Shown: piece after piece, positions 43,172-48,767 of the stretch
Position numbering within the stretch: position 1 is the first letter of the stretch
Layout of the letters: the number at the start of each line of letters is the position of its first letter
From: Clostridia bacterium
GTDB lineage: Bacteria; Bacillota; Clostridia; Lutisporales; Lutisporaceae
Reading direction: 5' to 3'
Length of the DNA: 48,767 nucleotides
NCBI GenBank assembly: GCA_029238945.1
Contig: JAQZBM010000001.1
Span: forward strand, 1 to 48,767
Made by a program: the position numbers and the translations under genes
The notes under the pieces: model-generated
What the model was told of the DNA's origin: nothing
The model's database searches: none
What the model saw: the letters and a program-made list of their open reading frames with translations, nothing else

Positions 43172-44389
43172 GTGGAGAAAAACGAGATATCAAAAGCGGA
43201 AGCAAGGCGGTTTCTGATTGATTATCAGGGATTAAACAGCTCAAAGGCTTTCTCAGGAGAAAAGGGTGTACTGGACTATATCAAAAGAGTAGGATGCATC
43301 CAATATGACCCTTTGAATGTAGTAGGACGAAATGCGGACCTGGTGCTGCAGTCAAGGGTGAAGGAATATAGGAGTGACATGCTGGAGAAGCTGCTTTATA
43401 CAGACCGTTACTTGATTGATGGCTGGGATAAGATGATGGCAATCTATCTGAAGGAAGACTGGCCTTTCTTTCACCGTTTAAGAGAACGAAAGGAGAAAGA
43501 GGTAAAAGCTACTCTGCGTAACCGCAAGTCTATTGAAGCAGTGGACATGACAGGGGAAATCCGTGAAATTATATCAGAACGCGGACCTCTTCAAGCTTCT
43601 CAAATAAATGTAGGTGAAGTTGAGAGCGGACGCTGGGGGCACAAAAGGCTGTCCAGCGCTGCCTTGGATTATATGTTTAATATAGGAGAGCTTGGGGTAT
43701 ATACCAAGAAAAACAATCAAAAGGTCTACGATTTGATTGAGAGGCTGCTGCCCTCCGAACTGCTGGAAGCGGTTGAACCCTTTGACAGCGACCATGATTT
43801 CTATAAATGGTATTTCAAGAGACGCGTAGGAAGTATTGGATTGCTGTGGGGGCGAAATGGCGGAGGCTGGCTGGGACACTTTCTATCGGATAAGCCCCTG
43901 AGGGATTCTATCCTTCCGGAGCTTGTTGAGGAGAACAGCCTTCAAAGAGTATGGGTTGAGGGAATTAAGGATGCATTTTATATCAGGCAGGAGGACGTTT
44001 CTATCCTTAACTCAGCGGATGATGATAATGAGAAGACGGCACGTATTCTGGCACCCTTGGATAATCTCTTGTGGGACAGGGACATGATTAAGAAAATCTT
44101 TGATTTTGAATATAGCTGGGAGGTATATGTACCTGCTGAGAAAAGGAAGTATGGATATTATGTGCTTCCGGTGCTTTATAATAATCAACTGGTAGCAAGG
44201 TTTGAGCCTGAAAACCACAGGGGAAATGACCCGCTGGAGATTAAAAACTGGTGGTGGGAAGATGACGTAGATGTAAGCAAGGAAATGCAGAACGCGATAG
44301 AAGCGGCTTTATTAGACTTCTGCAGGTTTCTGCAAGCGGATAGTATTTCTAAAGGAAGTCTTAAGCATATAGTAAATGGAAAATTATAG
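43172..44389 (+). CDS. YcaQ/AlkZ-family winged-helix DNA glycosylase (DUF1006/HTH_42), YcaQ-like subtype
   Basis: ARRFLIDYQGL, GCIQYDPLNVVGRNADLVLQSRV (Q-hydrophobic-D motif), YVPAEKRKYGYYVLPVLYNNQLVARFEP. Confidence 0.7.
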   Translation: MEKNEISKAEARRFLIDYQGLNSSKAFSGEKGVLDYIKRVGCIQYDPLNVVGRNADLVLQSRVKEYRSDMLEKLLYTDRYLIDGWDKMMAIYLKEDWPFFHRLRERKEKEVKATLRNRKSIEAVDMTGEIREIISERGPLQASQINVGEVESGRWGHKRLSSAALDYMFNIGELGVYTKKNNQKVYDLIERLLPSELLEAVEPFDSDHDFYKWYFKRRVGSIGLLWGRNGGGWLGHFLSDKPLRDSILPELVEENSLQRVWVEGIKDAFYIRQEDVSILNSADDDNEKTARILAPLDNLLWDRDMIKKIFDFEYSWEVYVPAEKRKYGYYVLPVLYNNQLVARFEPENHRGNDPLEIKNWWWEDDVDVSKEMQNAIEAALLDFCRFLQADSISKGSLKHIVNGKL

Positions 44390-44415
44390 GTCAATATTCT
44401 AAGGAGGGAAAAGCT

Positions 44416-44916
44416 ATGGAAAATAGGATAATATTCTTAGGCTACTTAAAAAGGTTTTCACTAACCCATGTCTTTACTTACTTAGTATGTGGGCTTATTT
44501 TCATGAATTTGTTTTCATATGGAAGCGAATTTGCAACAAATGAGAATTTCTCACACTTCCGCCAATTGGATTCACCAATTGTACGGGCTGCGGTGCTGTT
44601 CCAGTTTATCAGGGGAGGACTATTCGCTGTAATACTTTATCCCTTCAGGGAGAAAATTATCGGCAGTAAATATGGATGGCTTATGCTTTTTGGGATTGTA
44701 TGGGGCTTGACATGCGTAGGTGCGGTTAATACCGCGCCGGGTTCTATTGAAGGATTTATCTATACAGATGTTGACCTAAAGACACATTTAATTGGTATGC
44801 CGGAGGTATTTACACAAGCCATAAGCTTTTCACTGCTATTCTGGCTATGGGAGAAGCGGGCAAAGGATAATTATATAAAGAAAGAAAAGCTTAAAAATAA
44901 TTATCAGACAGTATAG
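44416..44916 (+). CDS. hypothetical integral membrane protein (about 4 TM)
   Basis: ORF with AAGGAGGG RBS and hydrophobic segments. No family recognised. Confidence 0.5.
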   Translation: MENRIIFLGYLKRFSLTHVFTYLVCGLIFMNLFSYGSEFATNENFSHFRQLDSPIVRAAVLFQFIRGGLFAVILYPFREKIIGSKYGWLMLFGIVWGLTCVGAVNTAPGSIEGFIYTDVDLKTHLIGMPEVFTQAISFSLLFWLWEKRAKDNYIKKEKLKNNYQTV

Positions 44917-45038
44917 TTTGGAAGTCTTACAAAAGAGATCATATATGGTCTCTTTTACTATTTCTAGCGCTCTTGGTTCTAGGGAAAGCATTGATTCAAG
45001 TCTTTAATTGATGTAATTGTAAAATTATAGGAGGATTT

Positions 45039-45065
45039 GGGACGAGGAACCTGTCCCCTTGTCCC
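45039..45065 (+). repeat. 27-nt hairpin repeat, copy C
   Basis: gggacgaggaacctgtccccttgtccc, one mismatch to copy B. It lies 5 nt from the HxlR-family gene stop. Confidence 0.7.
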
Positions 45066-45069
45066 ATCC

Positions 45070-45381
45070 TTAATCAATCCACGTCTCAGCCCATTTCTGC
45101 ACCTCTTCCATTACAGGCTTCAATGCCAGGCCTTTTTCAGTGAGATGGTATTCAATCCGTACAGGAGTCTCGGGAAAAACATCTCTTTTTATAATGCCGG
45201 CGGCTTCAAGCTCTTTAAACCTATCTGCCAGAATCTTATCGCTAAGTTGTGGAATCATATTTGAAATATCCGAGAATCTCTTGGGACCAGCTAACAGAAC
45301 TCTTATTATTAAGCCGTTCCAGCGTTTGCCCAGTAAGGAAAAAGCACATTCAAACCGTGGACATAAATGAAAATCAGTCAT
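45070..45381 (-). CDS. HxlR-family winged-helix transcriptional regulator
   Basis: CPRFECAFSLLGKRWNGLIIRVLLAGPKRFSDI ... LADRFKELEAAGIIKRDVFPETPVRIEYHLTEKG. Confidence 0.9.
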   Translation of the reverse strand: MTDFHLCPRFECAFSLLGKRWNGLIIRVLLAGPKRFSDISNMIPQLSDKILADRFKELEAAGIIKRDVFPETPVRIEYHLTEKGLALKPVMEEVQKWAETWID

Positions 45382-45496
45382 TTATTTTCACCTCATATTT
45401 ATTATACAATAATTACTTGACGTAAGTAAATAAAATATTGTATAATGCTAACATAAAGTAAGTAAGTTACAAAATGCTAGATATAGGGGGGATCAT

Positions 45497-45925
45497 ATGA
45501 ATACTTACGACAAGGTTGAAAAAAGCTTGATGCAAATATGTGAAGACTGCGACTATATACATACTGACAATTGCTCCAGCAGAAAATGCAATATCGCATT
45601 TGCCAAAGAGGTAGTAAACTACGCTGAAGCATCCTCCGCCTTAATAATGCAGGATGGCGAAAGACTCATTCCAAAGCAAGATGTAAAGTACTATAAGGAA
45701 GAACTGATAGCAGATGGCATAGCAAACATCTGCAAGCTTTGCAAGGAGTGCCGTGAAAATCACAGCGAAGAATGCGTCATATCTCTCAGCAGAAGGTCTC
45801 TTGAGAATACTATTCTCAAAGAGAACGTAGAATATCCGGGAAATATCCTTATGTACATTATGGAGGTTTCCAAGCAAAACGAAGAATTTGCGCAAATGAT
45901 AAGCGCAGCTTATTCAGCTAAATAG
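45497..45925 (+). CDS. hypothetical Cys-rich protein
   Basis: Two Cys clusters, CEDCDYIHTDNCSSRKC and CKLCKECRENHSEEC. Divergent from the HxlR gene. GGGGGG RBS. Confidence 0.5.
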   Translation: MNTYDKVEKSLMQICEDCDYIHTDNCSSRKCNIAFAKEVVNYAEASSALIMQDGERLIPKQDVKYYKEELIADGIANICKLCKECRENHSEECVISLSRRSLENTILKENVEYPGNILMYIMEVSKQNEEFAQMISAAYSAK

Positions 45926-45973
45926 TGTTTTATTAAAAAATACATAATATAAGCATATAAGGAGGTGAAATAA

Positions 45974-46168
45974 GTGATTACAAAGGAAATGTCAATAACA
46001 GAGGTTGTACAAAACTTCCCTGAAACAGTAGAAGTGTTTATGAAGCACGGTTTGCACTGCTTAGGCTGTGCTGCAGCAAGATTTGAAAACATAGAACAAG
46101 GCTCAAGAGCACATGGCATAGATGTAAATGTATTAGTTGAAGATTTAAATAAAGCAGTAAAGCACTAA
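45974..46168 (+). CDS. DUF1858 (hybrid-cluster-protein-associated redox disulfide) domain protein
   Basis: ITKEMSITEVVQNFPETVEVFMKHGLHCLGCAAARFENIEQGSRAHGID has the family's C-x-G-C core and flanks. Confidence 0.7.
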   Translation: MITKEMSITEVVQNFPETVEVFMKHGLHCLGCAAARFENIEQGSRAHGIDVNVLVEDLNKAVKH

Positions 46169-46217
46169 CAATATATAAAATTAAAAACTACAAACATATA
46201 ATAAGTCAAATATCTGC

Positions 46218-46256
46218 AAAAAAACACCTTCTATAATAAAAGAAGGTGTTTTTTTC
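46218..46256 (+). terminator. rho-independent terminator
   Basis: aaaaaaacaccttct / agaaggtgttttttt with a trailing T-run. Confidence 0.85.
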
Positions 46257-46352
46257 TTAATTAGGTTTTTTAGAAGTTATTCATAATACTCCAATAAATG
46301 GTAATACTAAATCTACATACAAAATTTTACAATTAAGAAAGGGTTCGGATAA

Positions 46353-46820
46353 ATGGCGAGAGATACAAAAGCAATAGAAAGGCTTTTTTGGAGCATAGGA
46401 CTTCCGGGCTTTGGACAGTTTTTAAACGGCAAATACTTCAAAGGTATAGTACTTGTCTTTCTGGAGTTCATTATCAACTCAAGGGCTAATATAAATACAG
46501 CCATTGTCTTAAGCTTTTTGGGGCAAACGGAAGCGGCAGTTCAGCAGGCAAACTACCAGTGGCTCATGTTTTATCCATGCATTTATTTATTTGGCATTTG
46601 GGATGCTTATAGAGATGCGCGTGAAAAAGAGTCTCCGTATCTTTTCCTGCCTTTTGCAATTGCTGCCTATGTAGAGACAGTAGGAGTTATCTACTCAAAG
46701 ACCTTCCGAATAAACGGGATTCTGCTGGGACCTATATTCCTGCCTATGATTTGCATTTTCTTAGGATTTAGCATAGGACTCGTTTTACGGCATCTTTTAC
46801 TGAGAAGATTAACATTTTAA
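46353..46820 (+). CDS. hypothetical integral membrane protein
   Basis: ORF with several TM segments and a GLPGFGQFLNGKYFKG motif. No family firmly recognised. Confidence 0.5.
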   Translation: MARDTKAIERLFWSIGLPGFGQFLNGKYFKGIVLVFLEFIINSRANINTAIVLSFLGQTEAAVQQANYQWLMFYPCIYLFGIWDAYRDAREKESPYLFLPFAIAAYVETVGVIYSKTFRINGILLGPIFLPMICIFLGFSIGLVLRHLLLRRLTF

Positions 46821-46827
46821 CATAATA

Positions 46828-46856
46828 TTGACAATAAAGAATACATGTGTAATAAT
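46828..46856 (+). promoter_or_regulatory. possible sigma-A promoter upstream of the GNAT gene
   Basis: TTGACA (46828-46833), 17-nt spacer ending in tgt, AATAAT (46851-46856). This leaves a leader of about 140 nt. Confidence 0.4.
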
Positions 46857-46995
46857 ACATAAAAAGTGAGTATGCTTAAGCATAAACATGTGAGCAGCAT
46901 AGGGATCAGTAATATCCTACACGAGAAGCAGCCGCCCCTCGGAGTCACTCTTGCTGGTGATTTTGTGGGGGTTTTTAAGTTTTTGGGAGGTGGTA

Positions 46996-47820
46996 ATGTT
47001 GGTCAGATTGCTTACAAAGGCAGATAAGGAAACAATTCTGGAATACCTAGCTCGAAATGAGGTTGAGACTTCCTTTCTATATGCTAATATAGTTGAATTT
47101 GGTGTAGATAACAGGAAGGAAATCAGAAGATGCGCAGACTACTATGGGTACTTTGAGGGAGAAGCACTGAAGGGCATACTGCCTTTCTACAATCTCGGAA
47201 GCTGCATACCTCACTATGAGACAGATGAAGCAGTACTTTTTTTTGCGGAGCTTATGAAGGAAAGAGATTTTGAGTTCTTATTGGGCATGTATAAGATAAT
47301 AAAACCCTTGTACAATCAAATAAAAGATTATAAAGATATTAAGTCCTATGATGAAAGCTTCTATTTCATAAACAAGAACTTCAGGCCCTTCATATTGGAG
47401 GGAGTGAGATTCCTTAGCACAGATGAATTGACTTACGAAAAGGCAGCTGAATTTGTTTTACAGGCTCGTATAAAAGGCTTCAATCAGGATGCAGCTATTG
47501 AGGATGTGAAGAAATCCCTGATGCAAAGAGGAAAAGAAGAGGAATACCTATTTTTAGAAAAAGAGGATAAAATAGTTGCACAGGCATGTATTCAGACCTA
47601 TACCCCGAGGATAAATCAAATCGGAGCTGTCTATACTGCTGAAGAGGAACGGGGTAAGGGGTATTGCAAAGCCCTTGTCTCTGAAATGTGCAGAAGGATT
47701 ATAGCCAGGGGCAAAGCGCCTACTCTCTCAGTTAAGAAGAAAAATACTCCGGCTGTCAGAGCATATACTGCTTTGGGCTTTGAGCATTATGATGATTACT
47801 TAATTGTAAGATGCAAATGA
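46996..47820 (+). CDS. GNAT-family N-acetyltransferase
   Basis: C-terminal acetyl-CoA motif IGAVYTAEEERGKGYCKALVSEMC ... NTPAVRAYTALGFE. ATG 46996 follows GGGAGGTGG; the track's start at 46951 is less likely. Confidence 0.75.
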   Translation: MLVRLLTKADKETILEYLARNEVETSFLYANIVEFGVDNRKEIRRCADYYGYFEGEALKGILPFYNLGSCIPHYETDEAVLFFAELMKERDFEFLLGMYKIIKPLYNQIKDYKDIKSYDESFYFINKNFRPFILEGVRFLSTDELTYEKAAEFVLQARIKGFNQDAAIEDVKKSLMQRGKEEEYLFLEKEDKIVAQACIQTYTPRINQIGAVYTAEEERGKGYCKALVSEMCRRIIARGKAPTLSVKKKNTPAVRAYTALGFEHYDDYLIVRCK

Positions 47821-47839
47821 AAAACAAGGAGGAAGAAAA

Positions 47840-48403
47840 TTGAAAACACGACAGGAAGCATATGAATTACTTACAAAGTATACTAAGAGCGATAATTTAG
47901 TAAAACACGGGCTTGCAGTTGAAGCTGTTATGCGGTACTTCGCAAGACAATTCGGTGAAGATGAGCAATATTGGGGAAACATAGGACTCATACACGATAT
48001 TGACTATGAGCTTTACCCTGAGGAGCACTGCCACAAAGCAAAGGAGCTCCTGGAGAAGGAGGGCGTAAGCGACGATATTGTCCATGCGGTGATTTCCCAT
48101 GGTTGGAATATATGTATTGATGTTGAGCCAACGCGCAAAATGGAAAAGGTTCTGTACACCATAGATGAACTGACAGGTCTTGTAACAGCAACGGTCTATA
48201 TGCGCCCAAGCAAGAGCATACTTGACCTTGAAGTGAAATCAGTAAAGAAGAAATTCAAGACAGCCAGCTTCGCTGCCGGAGTAAATAGAGATATAATACT
48301 TAAGGGCTGCGAAATGATTGATATGGACCTTGATACCTTAATCCTTTGGACTATAGAGGGTATGAAGGAAGCAGCATCAGAGCTGGGCCTTGCAGGAGAA
48401 TAA
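47840..48403 (+). CDS. HD-domain phosphohydrolase
   Basis: LVKHGLAVEAVMRYFA ... GLIHDIDYE ... SHGW gives the H...HD...H pattern. TTG start after GGAGGAAG. Confidence 0.75.
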   Translation: MKTRQEAYELLTKYTKSDNLVKHGLAVEAVMRYFARQFGEDEQYWGNIGLIHDIDYELYPEEHCHKAKELLEKEGVSDDIVHAVISHGWNICIDVEPTRKMEKVLYTIDELTGLVTATVYMRPSKSILDLEVKSVKKKFKTASFAAGVNRDIILKGCEMIDMDLDTLILWTIEGMKEAASELGLAGE

Positions 48404-48449
48404 GATAAAGAGTGCCAGCCGCCGTAAACTCAGGCGGTTGGCATTGCTT

Positions 48450-48767
48450 TTATGGTATCAGCGGCAAATTGCAGCTTCTGACTCTTGCAGGGAATGTGAT
48501 TATCTGTTCGTAAGGCGGAGGAGGAAGATTTGCGTTCCTGCCTATGTTGATTGGAATGTCAATTTTACTTTGGTTCATATCATTCTGCTTAGTTAATTGC
48601 TCTGTAACAATCCTGCCAATCTGACGCCCAAGCCTCAAGCCTTCATCCAAATCCTCCACGAAGTGTACCCCGCCGTAAAGCCTGGATATTGAACACTCTT
48701 CTGCCAACTTCTTCAGTCTGTCTGCTTCAGGCGGGAAGAAATAGCTGAGAATAACCTCTGCTGTACC
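48450..48767 (-). CDS. PAP2 / vanadium-haloperoxidase-superfamily protein, C-terminal part (5' end outside the window)
   Basis: SRLYGGVHFVEDLDEGLRLGRQIG is the C-terminal PAP2 motif SR..GVH...D...G..LG. The frame stays open to the window edge. Confidence 0.6.
   Translation of the reverse strand, partial: GTAEVILSYFFPPEADRLKKLAEECSISRLYGGVHFVEDLDEGLRLGRQIGRIVTEQLTKQNDMNQSKIDIPINIGRNANLPPPPYEQIITFPARVRSCNLPLIP

Noticed and set aside
45037-45370. Plus-strand ORFs 45037..45264 and 45140..45370
   Set aside because: Antisense to the HxlR-family gene, which has a complete family signature. The first one starts inside hairpin repeat copy C.
46857-46995. Possible riboswitch or leader RNA upstream of the GNAT gene
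   Set aside because: There is a leader of about 140 nt with some hairpins (for example ggatcagtaatatcc). I cannot match it to any riboswitch consensus that I know (not guanidine-I, preQ1, SAM, TPP or purine). An Rfam cmscan would be needed.
1-48767. Mobile genetic elements, prophage genes, CRISPR-Cas, and tRNA/rRNA genes
   Set aside because: I found no transposase, integrase, recombinase, Cas or phage structural signatures in any listed ORF. I saw no long terminal inverted or direct repeats and no tRNA-like cloverleaf regions on visual inspection.

Overview
Low-GC, Clostridia-like (Firmicutes) chromosomal segment with no rRNA, tRNA, CRISPR or transposase/integrase genes that I can see. LEFT (1-6.6 kb): two hypothetical genes sharing a terminal peptide motif, a HisKA sensor kinase / REC-AraC regulator pair, an FMN-bind-like lipoprotein, and a decayed DUF362/ferredoxin pseudogene. 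These are separated by strong intrinsic terminators. CENTRE (about 6.75-33.3 kb): one tightly packed, co-directional block of 29 ORFs, 27 from the track plus two small ones that I add. It opens with a consensus sigma-A promoter, a long leader and a NusG-paralog (LoaP-like) gene. Next comes an unannotated 50-codon ORF encoding MWKTLMQKRQNRT-(ASWQS)x7-AK. The remaining genes include six radical SAM enzymes: HemN-like, SPASM, ThiH/NosL-like, a B12-binding type, and two paralogs with a non-canonical CX11CX2C motif. The block also carries three adenylate-forming ligases, two carrier proteins, two BtrH-like papain-fold proteins and two DinB-fold proteins. Further genes encode a methyltransferase, an SDR, an SHMT-like PLP enzyme, a PyrD-like flavoenzyme, a creatininase/MftE-like hydrolase, a deoxyribosyltransferase-like protein, an AlkD-like DNA-alkylation repair protein and a three-gene ABC-2 exporter. 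The block ends at a strong terminator near 33.27 kb. I read it as an undescribed hybrid RiPP/acyl-carrier biosynthetic gene cluster with a multi-core Trp-containing precursor. The HemN-like rSAM + methyltransferase + AlkD-like triad raises the possibility of a DNA-alkylating product. RIGHT (33.4-48.8 kb): ordinary genes, namely WecA/TagO-like transferase, SHOCT protein, DUF2935, a DAACS symporter, an AraC regulator, an orphan rSAM/SPASM plus membrane-anchored protein operon, a secreted three-repeat Ig-like protein, luxS, an EamA transporter with a His-rich tail, a YcaQ-type glycosylase, HxlR, DUF1858, GNAT, an HD hydrolase and a partial PAP2-like gene. A 27-nt hairpin repeat occurs three times in this part. 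All functional calls rest on motif recognition by eye; no database search was run.
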